DNA from: an uncultured Methanomassiliicoccales archaeon
GTDB lineage: Archaea; Thermoplasmatota; Thermoplasmata; Methanomassiliicoccales; UBA472
DNA: 64,000 nt
Assembly: GCA_963695345.1 (NCBI GenBank)
Contig: OY968769.1
Coordinates: forward strand, 576,001-640,000
Direction of reading: 5' to 3'
Shown here: positions 31,830 to 42,888 of the stretch, one piece after another
How positions within the stretch are numbered: the first letter of the stretch is position 1
Layout of the letters: the number at the start of each line of letters is the position of its first letter
The notes under the pieces: model-generated
Databases searched by the model: none
Told to the model about the DNA's origin: nothing
Seen by the model: the letters and a program-made list of their open reading frames with translations, nothing else
Program-made: the position numbers and the translations under genes

Positions 31830-31977
31830 CCTTTCCCCAGGCCCAGAGCGGAGTATGATGTTTAATAAATATTCCACCTGATTAATGAATTATTACTATC
31901 AACATTCGATAGGTCATTCTCCGAAACACTATTCGAACCGAAAACGATAAATCTACAAAATAAGGACTACGGCCCCA

Positions 31978-32199
31978 ATGGTTAGCATCAGGGTTAACGA
32001 AAAAGAGTGCAGTGGCTGTGGTATCTGTTACGGAGACGAGTGCCCGGAGCTGTTTGCTGAAGGACAGGGCGGCATAAGCGAGATACTGCCTGCGTTCCAG
32101 AAAGGCAGCGCCTATGTCGGGGAAATCCCAGCGAACATGGTGGAAAAGGCCAAGGCCGCATCAATGGCGTGTCCGAACAATTCGATCATAGTAGGCTGA
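31978..32199 (+). CDS. Single-cluster ferredoxin
   Basis: CSGCGIC...CPELF...ACPNNSI. Confidence 0.85.
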   Translation: MVSIRVNEKECSGCGICYGDECPELFAEGQGGISEILPAFQKGSAYVGEIPANMVEKAKAASMACPNNSIIVG

Positions 32200-32390
32200 T
32201 GAAACCTCACGATTCGATTGGATGTCTTGATGTCCTCTCGAGAAAAATCTCTTCTCCAACATTCTATTGATTTCATCGCGCTGCTCTTGTATTGAGAATA
32301 ATGTAAACTGCCGTCAGCCGCCTCTGCTGTTTGACCAATGCGTAAAAAGGACAGCGCCATATTTGAGCAGGTTCCGCCATCCGGTCTTAG

Positions 32391-33698
32391 ATGCAGACGG
32401 TCATGTTGTTGGCACTGGCCATATTCCTGGCGACCTACATCCTGATCTCGGTGAGGCGCTTTGGCAGACTGAACCTGGAACGGCCGACGGTGGCCCTCTT
32501 CGGGGCGGCGTTGATGGTCGTTTGCGGGGTTGTCTCCGCCGACCAGGCATTCGCCTCGATCCAGTTGGACATTCTCGGACTTCTGCTCGGAATGATGATC
32601 ATCGTGGTCTCCCTGGAGCTCTGCGGGTTCTTCACCTGGGTCTCGGTAAAGATGATCAGGGCGTCCAAGAACCAGTTCCAGTTCCTACTGCTGGTGATGT
32701 TCGTCACGGCGCTGCTCTCAGCCCTCATATTGAACGACACCGTCGTCCTCCTGTTCACCCCTATCGTGATCAAGGCCTGCCGCCTGATCAAGGCCAATCC
32801 CATCCCATTCCTGGTGGCCGAGGCGATATCCGCGAACATAGGCAGTGTGGCCACCCCGGTGGGGAACCCGCAGAACGCGTTCATCGCCACCCAATCGCAC
32901 ATCACCTTTGCCGAGTTCACCACCAAGCTGCTCCCGGTCACCCTGATCTGCCTGGTGATCGCCATGGTCCTGGTGTGGCTGGTCTTCAGGAAGGAGCTTA
33001 GGGACGGCAGTGAAAGGAATGGCAGGTATCTGTTCTGCGAGCGGAGCAAGCCGATCGACGCGGAGAGGGCGGTCATGGATATCGCCCCCCAGCCGGTGCA
33101 CCGCTCTGTCTACCTCGTCCTTGGGGCATTGGTGCTGGTGTTCATCGGGTTCGTTCTCTCCCCCTACATCAACCTGCCATTGGCCATGGTGGCGTTCATC
33201 GGCGGTGCCTTCGTCCTCATGTTCCTGCCGTTCTTCAACCGCTCAGTGCATTCGATCGAGGTGTTGCGCAGGGTCGATTGGACCCTTATACTGTTCTTCG
33301 TCGGCCTTTTCGTCGTGCTCAAGGGAGTGGAGACCTCTGGCCTTCTGGCGGAGATGATGGGGCTGTTCCAGGCCAGCAGCGGTTCTGGCCTGACCAGCAT
33401 CCCCGGGCTGACCGGATTCTCCGCCATCCTTTCCAATCTGATCAGCAACGTTCCGGCGGTCATGCTGCTTTCACCGTTCGTGGCCAGCGTGGGGAGCAAC
33501 AACCTTTGGCTGGCGCTGGTCACCAGTTCGACGCTGGCGGGGAACGCGACCATCCTGGGAGCGGCGGCCAATGTGATCGTGGTGGAGACCGGGAACAAGA
33601 TGGGGGTGGAGGTCTCTCTGTGGCAGTTCATGAAGGCTGGTCTCCCGATCACCATCATCACTCTGCTTGTCTCCATAATCATGCTGGAGATGCTCTGA
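32391..33698 (+). CDS. ArsB/NhaD/SLC13-family anion transporter
   Basis: LSALILND, SANIGSVATPVGNPQN, LSNLISNVPA, STLAGNATILGAAAN. Confidence 0.88.
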   Translation: MQTVMLLALAIFLATYILISVRRFGRLNLERPTVALFGAALMVVCGVVSADQAFASIQLDILGLLLGMMIIVVSLELCGFFTWVSVKMIRASKNQFQFLLLVMFVTALLSALILNDTVVLLFTPIVIKACRLIKANPIPFLVAEAISANIGSVATPVGNPQNAFIATQSHITFAEFTTKLLPVTLICLVIAMVLVWLVFRKELRDGSERNGRYLFCERSKPIDAERAVMDIAPQPVHRSVYLVLGALVLVFIGFVLSPYINLPLAMVAFIGGAFVLMFLPFFNRSVHSIEVLRRVDWTLILFFVGLFVVLKGVETSGLLAEMMGLFQASSGSGLTSIPGLTGFSAILSNLISNVPAVMLLSPFVASVGSNNLWLALVTSSTLAGNATILGAAANVIVVETGNKMGVEVSLWQFMKAGLPITIITLLVSIIMLEML

Positions 33699-33776
33699 TA
33701 CCGATCGGAAGCGCCAAATGAGGATGGGATGCCAGGAGGAAGAACAAAGACCCTTGGCGCCCACGACGGGTGCGGT

Positions 33777-34451
33777 TCACATCTTCTTGTGGCAGAACCA
33801 CCAATCGTAGCATTCCTTGCCCATGGTCCTCTTCCGTTCCATTGCCGCCTTGTAGTCCCTCGGCGGTGGAACGATCACCTCCCCCGGGATGAATTCGTTA
33901 TTAGGCCAGTTCTCCGGGGTGGAGACGTTGTTGGCATCAGAGTACCGCAGGGCCTTGACCGCCCGCAGTATCTCGTCGATCGACCGGCCTACCTCGGGCG
34001 GGTAGTAGACCATGAGCCTTATCTTGCCAGTTGGATCGACGACGAACACCGACCGGACCGTGTTCGTGGCCCGGGCAGGATGGATCATCCCCAGCTTCGA
34101 TGACAGCGACCCCGCCCCGTCGGCGATTATGGGGAACGGGACCTTCACGCCCATATTGTCCTCTATCCATTCGACCCATTTCAGGTGGGAGAATATCTGG
34201 TCGATGGAAAGGCCGATCAGCTCCGTCTCCTCGGCCCGGAACTTCTCCGCCCGGGTGGCAAAGCCCACGAATTCGGTGGTGCAGATCGGGGTGAAGTCAG
34301 CGGGATGGCTGAAGAGCACGAACCATTTCCCGGCGAAATCCTTCGGCAGCACCATAGGCCCGAACGTCGTCTTGACCTCCACTTCGGGGAAGAACTCCCC
34401 GATGAGCGGGATCCTCCCCGCCGTTTCCTTCTCCTCCCTGCAATCCGCCAT
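33777..34451 (-). CDS. Peroxiredoxin (Prx6/archaeal type)
   Basis: [29 protein letters not shown]. Confidence 0.93.
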   Translation of the reverse strand: MADCREEKETAGRIPLIGEFFPEVEVKTTFGPMVLPKDFAGKWFVLFSHPADFTPICTTEFVGFATRAEKFRAEETELIGLSIDQIFSHLKWVEWIEDNMGVKVPFPIIADGAGSLSSKLGMIHPARATNTVRSVFVVDPTGKIRLMVYYPPEVGRSIDEILRAVKALRYSDANNVSTPENWPNNEFIPGEVIVPPPRDYKAAMERKRTMGKECYDWWFCHKKM

Positions 34452-34643
34452 GTAAATGACCTCTGAATCAATTGGAGACGACATTACTTAACGTTTCTTT
34501 TTCCAGGGAACAAAAGCCTGGAACGAATGCACTCTGGCTCCGCACACGATTGTACCAGTTAGGGGCGTTAATATCCGCTTAAGGGCAATGTTCCCTCTCT
34601 AGGCATGATACCTTAAATAGCGAGGAAGTGGTTTTGCTTATCC

Positions 34644-35126
34644 ATGGAATTGGGAACGATTTTCGGGATCGGATTCATCGTACTTGGCACGCTCATGCTG
34701 TTGTTAGAGCTGAACGCTCCAGGTACGTTCCTCATCGTACCGGGCACGGTACTGATGGTGCTGGGCGTGATCGGCATACTGTTCCCCGACCTATTGTTCA
34801 GCTGGTGGGCCCCGATCGCCGCGGTGATCGTACTGGTTCCGACCACCCTGGTGACCATCAAGCTCTACCAGAGGCTCTCGCCCCCCGGTCCGCCGGTGAC
34901 TACAGTGGCGACCTCCCTGGTGGGCATGAAGGGCATGGTCACGACGGACGTGTACCCGCACACCCTAAGAGGAAAGGTGGAGATAGAACACGACACCTGG
35001 TCGGCAACCTCGGAGACGATGATTCCCAAGGGAAAGCTCGTAGTTGTCGTGAGCAGCGAAGGAGTTCACGTGGTGGTCAAGGAGCTATGCGAGGACCCGA
35101 AGCGAGCGGAGCAGGAATGTCGATGA
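34644..35126 (+). CDS. NfeD-family membrane protein (short form)
   Basis: TM N-terminus plus LVGMKG.V...GKVEI...WSA OB-fold; directly upstream of an SPFH gene. Confidence 0.88.
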   Translation: MELGTIFGIGFIVLGTLMLLLELNAPGTFLIVPGTVLMVLGVIGILFPDLLFSWWAPIAAVIVLVPTTLVTIKLYQRLSPPGPPVTTVATSLVGMKGMVTTDVYPHTLRGKVEIEHDTWSATSETMIPKGKLVVVVSSEGVHVVVKELCEDPKRAEQECR

Positions 35127-35157
35127 GCAGGACGTTCAACAGAAAGGAGAGGTAAAG

Positions 35158-36285
35158 ATGGCGGATGTGGCATTGGAAATAATCATCGGATTGCTTATCT
35201 TGGCGATCGTCGCGGTGCTAGTCATCGTGACGAGCGGAGTGAAGATCGTTCAGCCTTACCAGCAGGCCGTCTACATGAGGCTGGGAAGTTATGTCAGGAT
35301 ACTTGACCAGGGTATGAATTTCGTCACCCCCTTGGTCAACACGGTGGTCAAGCTCGACCTGAGGACGCAGGTGCTGGACGTACCGCGGCAGGAGGTCATC
35401 ACCAAGGATAACTCCCCGGTGAACGTGGACGCGGTCATATACATCAAGGTCATCGACCCGAAGAAGGCCTTCTTCGAGGTCACCGACCACCGGGCGGCCA
35501 CCATCTACCTGGCCCAGACCACCCTGAGGAGCGTCATCGGCGACATGGAGCTGGACGAGATCCTGTCCAACCGGGAGAAGATCAACCTTCACCTGAGAGA
35601 CAAGCTGGATGAGGCGACGGACAAATGGGGCGTCAAGGTAGAGGCGGTGGAGATAAGGGAAGTTGACCCGGCCCCGAAGGTCAAACAGGCGATGGAGGAG
35701 CAGACATCGGCGGAGAGGCTCAGGCGCGCGGCGATATTGAAGGCGGACGGACAGAAGACCGCCGCGATCCTGAGCGCCGAGGGTGAGAAGAGGGCCAGGA
35801 TCCTTCAGGCTGAAGGTCTGAGACAGGCCAAGGTCCTGGAGGCCGAGGGTGAGCGTCTGGCGATCATCCTGAATGCCCAGGGAGAGGGACAGAAATTGAG
35901 GATACTGAGCGTCGGAGCGGCGTCGCTGGACTCCAAGGCGCTCACCGTGCTTTCGTTGGACACGATGAAGTCGGTCGGAAACGGACAAGCGACCAAGATC
36001 ATCCTCCCATTCGAGGTGTCTAAGCTGATGGAGACCGTCTCTGAATATCTCGGCGGTGGCACCAAGACGCCGGAGCGGTCCATATCCAACCGGGATGAGA
36101 TCGAGAAGGCCGTCGGCAAGGTCGATGACATCCTCGGCCCGATCCCCACCCAAGATGAGCTGAGGGCGGACTTCAAGAACATCGAGGATGCGGTCCAGAA
36201 GGACCGGATAGAGGCCGCCGAGGCGATCAGAGAGATGGAGAAGAAGAAGCGGGCGGCAATGATCGCGCCGGACGGTTCCGCCTGA
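35158..36285 (+). CDS. SPFH/stomatin-like (band 7) protein
   Basis: DLRTQVLDVP.QEVITKDN, TTLRSVIG.MELDE, WGVKV..VEI, AER.RRA. Confidence 0.93.
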   Translation: MADVALEIIIGLLILAIVAVLVIVTSGVKIVQPYQQAVYMRLGSYVRILDQGMNFVTPLVNTVVKLDLRTQVLDVPRQEVITKDNSPVNVDAVIYIKVIDPKKAFFEVTDHRAATIYLAQTTLRSVIGDMELDEILSNREKINLHLRDKLDEATDKWGVKVEAVEIREVDPAPKVKQAMEEQTSAERLRRAAILKADGQKTAAILSAEGEKRARILQAEGLRQAKVLEAEGERLAIILNAQGEGQKLRILSVGAASLDSKALTVLSLDTMKSVGNGQATKIILPFEVSKLMETVSEYLGGGTKTPERSISNRDEIEKAVGKVDDILGPIPTQDELRADFKNIEDAVQKDRIEAAEAIREMEKKKRAAMIAPDGSA

Positions 36286-36466
36286 TACAAACCCCTTCCC
36301 TTCGTTCTTTTTTATTTTCGCCCAAATGAGCCAGCGTGGTCTTATCCGACACGATTTATACGTTCAGACTGCTTCCAACATACCCTTTTTTATATCACGA
36401 GAAACATAGCAATTGTCATACCGCATGACCAGAATCGTGCGGTCCGAAAAAGGAATGGGTATCGTA

Positions 36467-36670
36467 ATGTATGGTGGAAAACCAAGAGGCGGCGGCGGTG
36501 GCGGCTATGGGGGACGACCAAGACAGGAAGGACCCCGCGAGATGACAAAGGTAAAATGTTCCGATTGCGGAGCGGAGACCGAGGTTCCATTCAAGCCGAC
36601 TGAGGGCAGGCCGGTCTATTGCAGGGACTGCTATCAGAAACACAAGCCCGCCAGAAACGACAGGTTCTAA
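36467..36670 (+). CDS. Small CxxC-x17-CxxC zinc-finger protein
   Basis: REMTKVKCSDCG...EVPFKP..GRPVYCRDCY with Gly-rich N-terminus. Confidence 0.88.
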   Translation: MYGGKPRGGGGGGYGGRPRQEGPREMTKVKCSDCGAETEVPFKPTEGRPVYCRDCYQKHKPARNDRF

Positions 36671-36679
36671 ACCTGTCAA

Positions 36680-36700
36680 TTCCTTCTTTTTTTTGTTTCC
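36680..36700 (+). terminator. Oligo-T archaeal terminator
   Basis: TCCTTCTTTTTTTTGTTTCC directly after the stop codon. Confidence 0.55.
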
Positions 36701-36856
36701 TATCAGGTAGGGGCCGTCATATTCTCGTTATGCTTTCGAATTGGCCGGTTACCGAGTCCTGGTCCGGTGTATCCAGAAATTAAATATATGACACATCCCC
36801 ACACGCCCGTGCGGTCATCGGAGAGGCCGCCGATTGAGGGTGTCTGAGGGATTCAA

Positions 36857-39800
36857 ATGCGATCTTGTGAACCTATTTCAATACTGATCATTGCGGCGAT
36901 GTTGCTGACCGGAATCGGTGCGTTCCTGCCGGCGGCGGATGCCGAACTGACCTCCTCCGACCCATTGCTGGCCTCGACGTATCTGGAAAGCCCGGGCTAT
37001 GATTATGGCAATTGCATAACCACTGACTCGCAAGGCAACATCATCATCGCCGGCAAGACCAACTCCTCAGGCTTTCCCATATTTCCTAACCCCGGGGCAT
37101 ACTCCACCGTCCATCACAATCCCGGCAGCCTCACCTGGGGCGAGTTCTCCGAGACCTTCGTGCTGAAGATGGACCCGACCGGCACCGAGCTGATCTTCTC
37201 CACTTTCCTGGGAGGGTCGGGCAACGACGTGGCCAACGGCATCACGGTCGACTCGAACGATAACATTTACATAACCGGGTTCACCGATTCCACGGATTTC
37301 CCGGTCACCAGCCAATTCGTCACCGTCAGGGGATGGGGCGAGGCCTTCGTCTGCAAGATGGACCCGACCGGCTCGTCACTGCTATACTCGGTGATATTGG
37401 GCGGCAGTGAATGGGAAGAAGGTAAGGACATAGCGGTCGATTCCTCCGGAAACGCCTATGTCTTCGGGGAGACCAATTCGCCGGATTTCTATTCCACCGC
37501 CTCAACGAAGACCTATGACGGCACCTTTTCCGATAGGACCGATACGTTCATCGCGAGGATCGGTCCGCAGGGGACAACACTGCCGTTCTTCACCTACCTG
37601 GGCGCAGATGCGTCGGAACAAGCGGGTGGGATCGCCGTGGACAATGCCGGAAACGCGTATGTCACGGGAAACACCCATTCCGTTGGTTTCCCGACGAAGA
37701 ACGCATATGACAGCACCTACAACAGCTTCGTTCTGGTGGGCGATGAGCCAGATACCGAACCGTTCTACTTCCAGGATATCTTCGTGACCAAGTTCAACAC
37801 CGCTGTGGATGGCGTGGCCAGCATGGTCTATTCCACGTTCATCGGCGGTACGGATGACGACCGGGGAATGGACATATGCATTGACCCTTCCGGCAATGCG
37901 TTCATCCTGGGGGAGACGGTCGGCGGAGTGGGATTCCCGACCACGGCAGGGGCGTTCGACCGCCATGGCCGCACCTGCTCCCAGCTCCTTTACTATCCCA
38001 CTTCCGACGTCAACTGTTTCATGATGAAGCTGAGCTCGAGCGGGGGCGGATTACTGTACTCCACGCTGATCCCGGGAATATCGCATTCAGGGGACATCGC
38101 GCTGACCGCGGGAGGAGACTTGGCGGTCTCTGGATGCACATACAATGTAACCTTCCCGACCACGGCCACCGCGTTCTCACGCACTCTGAGCGGTGATTCT
38201 GACCTGTTCTTCATGGTGTTCAGGACGGGCGGGGCGGGGACCTCCGACCTCATCTATTCGACCTTGATCGGCGGCTCGGAGTTTGACTACGTCGACGGCA
38301 TGTGCATCGACAAAACTGGTAATGTCCTCCTCACCGGAGGCACCACCTCCCCGGATTTTCCCATAAGGCCATCCACCGGAGCGTTCCAATCAACAATGAT
38401 CAACGACTATCAGAAGGCCTTCGCGATGAAACTGCAGATCTCCGCGGGCCTTCCAACGGCACCGCGGGATGTCGGTACCAGTGCCGGGACCACCTATCTG
38501 GACGTTTCCTGGTCTGCCCCATCATCGGACGGAGGCAGTCCGATCACCGGCTATAACGTGTACCGGAGGACCGGAACGACCGTGGACAAGGTCCTCCTGA
38601 CAACGACCCCGTTGTCATCGACGGCAAGAAGCTATCATGACATCGTTGTGTCGACTGGCACCGAATACGTATACAGCATCAGGGCGATCAATGCGAATGG
38701 CCTGGGCGATTCGTCGATCGAGGCGAATGTTTCCCTCACCCCGGTGCAGAACCTGCAGGTACCGGGCCAGATACTTGACCTTCAGGCCACCGCGAACGCC
38801 GATTCCATCACTCTCCATTGGTCCGCGCCAACGAATGGAGGAAGTACCATCCTTGGATATTTCGTCTATCGGATCCAGAACGGTGCGGAGACGCTGTTGA
38901 CCGATGTCCTGATGCCACCATCTTCGACCTCATATTCCGACTCGACGGCGCAGTCTGGCATACAATACACCTATCGGGTGACCGCCAAAAACAACGTTGG
39001 TGAATCGGCCAAGTCGAACGAGGCCATGAATCAGATAGGGCTAGGACCTACAGTTCCCGGAGCGCCCACCGACCTGAGGACGACACCTGGAGCGAGCAAC
39101 ATAACGCTGAGATGGACACCGCCAGCCTACCCGGGGACATCTCCGATCACTCAGTACCGCATCTATGTCGGCACTACGACCGGCCAGGAAGTTGCGGCGG
39201 GCAACATTTCCGCGAGTTCAGCATCCTGTCTGGTCTCCGGGATCCCGCTGGGAGCGACCCGGTACTTCCAGGTGACGGCGGTGAACTCGGTCGGCGAGAG
39301 CAACCGGTCGGGAGAGGTGTCGGCTGCCACCATATCGTCTCCCACGGTGCCCGCGGCGCCGGCAGCGCTTACGACATCGATCCATTTGGGTGACGCTGTG
39401 CTTTCGTGGACCCTCCCGAGCACCGACGGAGGGTCGGAGATCACGGCGTTCAGGATCTTCAAGGGGGTTGCGGCAGATGGAAGCGATGCGGCCTTCCTGG
39501 CGGATGTCCCGAACGGGAACGTCACGTCCTATGTCGACACCACATACTCCCCTTACCAGACCGTTTACTACCGGATCTACGCGGTCAATGCCAACGGACA
39601 GAGCACTGTGGCGACTGTAACGATGATCAAAGGTTCGACCGACAACACTGCCGGAGAGTTCCCGATCATCCCCATCATCATTGTGGTCGGCGGAATAGTG
39701 GCCATCGTTCTGGTGATCTTGTTCATTATGAGAGGCGGGAAAAGAGCGGCAGGGAACCGCCCAGGTCAGGTCGGACCGCAGAATCCATATCTTCCTGGAA

Positions 39801-39889
39801 ACGCCCCTGCCACCGGATTCTGTCCGTACTGCGGCAATCAGACGCAAGGTGCTGGGTTTTGCGGAAAATGTGGCAAGAGGCAGCCGTGA
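36857..39889 (+). CDS. Cell-surface protein: SBBP beta-propeller repeats, four fibronectin type III domains, TM anchor, cytoplasmic zinc ribbon
   Basis: Repeated YSTxLGGS..D....I.VD..GNxYxTG.T.S.DFP; four W..P..GGS.I..Y...A.N..G Fn3 units; C-terminal CPYC...CGKC. Confidence 0.9.
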   Translation: MRSCEPISILIIAAMLLTGIGAFLPAADAELTSSDPLLASTYLESPGYDYGNCITTDSQGNIIIAGKTNSSGFPIFPNPGAYSTVHHNPGSLTWGEFSETFVLKMDPTGTELIFSTFLGGSGNDVANGITVDSNDNIYITGFTDSTDFPVTSQFVTVRGWGEAFVCKMDPTGSSLLYSVILGGSEWEEGKDIAVDSSGNAYVFGETNSPDFYSTASTKTYDGTFSDRTDTFIARIGPQGTTLPFFTYLGADASEQAGGIAVDNAGNAYVTGNTHSVGFPTKNAYDSTYNSFVLVGDEPDTEPFYFQDIFVTKFNTAVDGVASMVYSTFIGGTDDDRGMDICIDPSGNAFILGETVGGVGFPTTAGAFDRHGRTCSQLLYYPTSDVNCFMMKLSSSGGGLLYSTLIPGISHSGDIALTAGGDLAVSGCTYNVTFPTTATAFSRTLSGDSDLFFMVFRTGGAGTSDLIYSTLIGGSEFDYVDGMCIDKTGNVLLTGGTTSPDFPIRPSTGAFQSTMINDYQKAFAMKLQISAGLPTAPRDVGTSAGTTYLDVSWSAPSSDGGSPITGYNVYRRTGTTVDKVLLTTTPLSSTARSYHDIVVSTGTEYVYSIRAINANGLGDSSIEANVSLTPVQNLQVPGQILDLQATANADSITLHWSAPTNGGSTILGYFVYRIQNGAETLLTDVLMPPSSTSYSDSTAQSGIQYTYRVTAKNNVGESAKSNEAMNQIGLGPTVPGAPTDLRTTPGASNITLRWTPPAYPGTSPITQYRIYVGTTTGQEVAAGNISASSASCLVSGIPLGATRYFQVTAVNSVGESNRSGEVSAATISSPTVPAAPAALTTSIHLGDAVLSWTLPSTDGGSEITAFRIFKGVAADGSDAAFLADVPNGNVTSYVDTTYSPYQTVYYRIYAVNANGQSTVATVTMIKGSTDNTAGEFPIIPIIIVVGGIVAIVLVILFIMRGGKRAAGNRPGQVGPQNPYLPGNAPATGFCPYCGNQTQGAGFCGKCGKRQP

Positions 39890-40029
39890 TTGATCCATGA
39901 TATAGGCGGAATGAGCGCGGTTTCCATACTGACGATCATGCATTAATTAGCGGAGACATGGACGATCGACGCGACCGGTCAATGAATGTGCAGCGATGGA
40001 ACTGGGTTCTAGCAGATAAATAAGAAAAG

Positions 40030-40103
40030 TGGACGGTGCGCGATTTGAACGCGCGGCCTCCTGCTTGCAAAGCAGGCGATCTTCCGGTCTGATCTAACCG
40101 CCC
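40030..40103 (-). tRNA. tRNA-Ala(UGC)
   Basis: GGGCGGT acceptor with G3-U70 pair, anticodon arm CCTGC-TTTGCAA-GCAGG, GTTCAAATC T-loop. Confidence 0.95.
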
Positions 40104-40214
40104 GATTAGGGTTCGTAAACGTGCTGGCGAATATATAGGTTTCTGAGTTCCAGTCAGATCTAGGTACTCAGAGCCCCGTTTCGACCCGTGACGGCGCGGT
40201 CCCGACCTGCTTTC

Positions 40215-41864
40215 TTACCTGCAGATGGCACCGTCGTTCGCACCGCTGACCAGCTTGCGGTACTTGGCCAGCATCCCATCGGGATGGCGGTCGACGACCT
40301 CGACCTTCTCCAGGCGCTTCCGGATCTCGTTGTCGCTCACTCCTACCAGCTCCAGTTTCCGACCCGGGATGTCGATCAGGATGCGGTCGCCATCGACAAC
40401 CGCGGCGATCGGTCCCTTGTCGAACGCCTCGGGGCAGACATGGCCAATGCATGGCCCGCGTGTCGCTCCGGAGAACCGGCCGTCGGTGATGAGCGCCACC
40501 GAGTCGGACAGGCCCATGCCGGCGATCATGCTGGTGGGCCCGAGCATCTCCGGCATTCCTGGTCCGCCCTTCGGCCCTTCATAGCGGATGACGACCACGT
40601 CGCCGGGAACGATCTTCCTTTCCGATATTGCCTTGCTGACGTCATCCTCGGAATTGAAACAGCGCGCCGTCCCCTCGTAGCGCATCATCCGCTCGCTGAC
40701 CGCCGCCTGCTTGACTACTGAACCTTCCGGAGCCAGATTCCCGAAGAGAATAGCGATGCCGCCCTGAGCATGATATGGCCGGTCCATGGGCCTTATGCAC
40801 TCCTCGTCCGTAACCCGGGCCTCGTCTGCGATCTCGTGGATGGTCTTGCCGGAGACGGTGTCCTCGTTGTACAGGCGGTCCTTCAAGCGCTTCATTATCG
40901 CCGGGACGCCGCCGGCGCGGTCGAAGTCTCCCATAACGTACTGGCCGCTGGGTCTTATGCTGGTCAGGTGCGGGATCTCCTTGGAGCATTCGTCGAACGT
41001 CTTTAGGCTGATCCGGATGCCGAAATCCGCGGCGACCGCCGGGATATGCAGGGCAGTGTTGGTCGAACCCCCGATGGCCATGTCGATCCGGATCGCGTTC
41101 TTGAACGAGTTCTCCGTCACGAAGGAACGGGGCGTCTTGTTCTGCCGGGCCAGTTCGACGATCCTCCGACCGGACTCCCGCGCTATCTCCCGCTTCTCCC
41201 GGCTGTCCGCCATGGCAGTACCGCAGCCGACCAGGGACAGACCTAACGCCTCCGTCATGCAGGCCATGGTGTTGGCCGTGAACAGACCGGCGCAGCTTCC
41301 GGCCCCGGGGCAGGCGCAGCCCTCGACGTGCTCGACGCGTTCCTGGTCGGATTTTCCTGCCTTGTACTCCCCGAGCGCCTCGAATACGCTCTGGAGGTCC
41401 AGCCGCTCCTTCCCCGACACACCGTGCTCCATCGGCCCGCCGGTGACGATTATGGTCGGAATATCGCACCGCCCTGACGCCATCAGCATTCCTGGAGTGA
41501 TCTTGTCGCAATTAGTCACACCGACCCATCCATCGAAACAGTGGGCCTTGACCATCAGCTCGACGCAATCGGAAACGGTCTCCCTGGAGGCGAGCGAGTA
41601 ACGCATTCCGGCATGGCCCATGGCAATGCCGTCACATATACCAGGGACACCGAAGACGAACGGGACACCGCCCGCCTCGATTATTCCCTGCTTAACCTCG
41701 TCGACAAGCGAATTGAGATGTATATGACCAGGAATGATGTCGTTCTGGGAGTTCGCTATGCCGATGAACGGCTTATTGAAGTCCGCATCGGTCAGTCCAA
41801 CCGCCCTGAGAAGGCTCCGGCTGGGTGCCTTCTCGATACCTTTGGTGATGATATCGCTGCGCAT
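40215..41864 (-). CDS. ilvD: Dihydroxy-acid dehydratase
   Basis: CDGIAMGH, NCDKITPG, CAGLFTANTM, GGSTN, EGPKGGPGMPEM, TDGRFSG. Confidence 0.96.
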   Translation of the reverse strand: MRSDIITKGIEKAPSRSLLRAVGLTDADFNKPFIGIANSQNDIIPGHIHLNSLVDEVKQGIIEAGGVPFVFGVPGICDGIAMGHAGMRYSLASRETVSDCVELMVKAHCFDGWVGVTNCDKITPGMLMASGRCDIPTIIVTGGPMEHGVSGKERLDLQSVFEALGEYKAGKSDQERVEHVEGCACPGAGSCAGLFTANTMACMTEALGLSLVGCGTAMADSREKREIARESGRRIVELARQNKTPRSFVTENSFKNAIRIDMAIGGSTNTALHIPAVAADFGIRISLKTFDECSKEIPHLTSIRPSGQYVMGDFDRAGGVPAIMKRLKDRLYNEDTVSGKTIHEIADEARVTDEECIRPMDRPYHAQGGIAILFGNLAPEGSVVKQAAVSERMMRYEGTARCFNSEDDVSKAISERKIVPGDVVVIRYEGPKGGPGMPEMLGPTSMIAGMGLSDSVALITDGRFSGATRGPCIGHVCPEAFDKGPIAAVVDGDRILIDIPGRKLELVGVSDNEIRKRLEKVEVVDRHPDGMLAKYRKLVSGANDGAICR

Positions 41865-41922
41865 GAGATCGCCGGCATTGAATGCAGGAAGGGGTAGATA
41901 ATCTGTTCATGTCGAACACGGC

Positions 41923-42783
41923 TCAGACCAGTCTGATCTTTTCCGTCTTTAACCGGGTGTAGAGCGTGTTCAGGAAATCCGACACGAAGTCGTCGCGACG
42001 GTTCACTTCTCTGATCCATATGCGGATACTCAGCGTTACCTTCCCATCCGAGATATCTGACACCAACACACGGGGAAGGAACATCTCAAAGGATATCTTG
42101 TTCTCGAAGAGTGAAAGGAGGCGCCTGAGGTGTATCACCCTGTCGATCTCTACCCTCTCCTCTCCCGGGACGTTAGGCAGCACATGCGGATCCTTGTCCG
42201 CCTCCTCCAGTATGATCTTCCGGACCCTTTCGATGTCCTCGTCCAAGTGGACGGTCAAGCGAAGCGGGACCTCGAAGAACCCTGCTTTCGTATAGTTGAT
42301 CACTTTGCTGCTGGTTATCACTGTGTTTGGAACGATGACCATCTTGCCCTGAGGATCGAGAAGGATTGTCTTGGTCAGGGTTATGTCCTTGACCCGGGCG
42401 GGTTTGGTCTCAGGCAATCCCCCGATATCGATCCAATCTTCCAGCTGGACCTGACGCTCCATCCCCATGAGAAGGCCGGCCATGACGTTCTGCAAAATCT
42501 GCTGGGACGCCAGGGCGATAACTATTCCGACCAGGCCGACAGTTGCGGCGATGGTGGATAGATCGACCCTGAAGATCTGAGTCATGCCGAAGGAAAGGCC
42601 GGTGGCGATGATTGCATATTCAAGACCTCTTGCATACATTTTTGATCGGCGCTTTCCCAATCTGATGTCGAACGTCCGGCGGAAAAGGTTGTGCAATGCC
42701 CGGCTCAGGAAAAGCGTGAAGAGAATCAGGAAGGTGAAAACGACGAGGCTCTCACCATCGATTCCGAAAATAGTCCATGCCAT
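41923..42783 (-). CDS. mscS: Small-conductance mechanosensitive channel family protein
   Basis: Three TM helices, ALASQQILQNVMAG, DWIDI, VIVPN...VINYT. Confidence 0.85.
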   Translation of the reverse strand: MAWTIFGIDGESLVVFTFLILFTLFLSRALHNLFRRTFDIRLGKRRSKMYARGLEYAIIATGLSFGMTQIFRVDLSTIAATVGLVGIVIALASQQILQNVMAGLLMGMERQVQLEDWIDIGGLPETKPARVKDITLTKTILLDPQGKMVIVPNTVITSSKVINYTKAGFFEVPLRLTVHLDEDIERVRKIILEEADKDPHVLPNVPGEERVEIDRVIHLRRLLSLFENKISFEMFLPRVLVSDISDGKVTLSIRIWIREVNRRDDFVSDFLNTLYTRLKTEKIRLV

Positions 42784-42888
42784 TAGGGATGAGTGATGGA
42801 ATTACCCGGTAAATAAATTGCCTTGTCTATATGGATAGAATTATTGGAAAAGATTTGGAATAAGATAACTGGAATATGTTTGAAGCGT

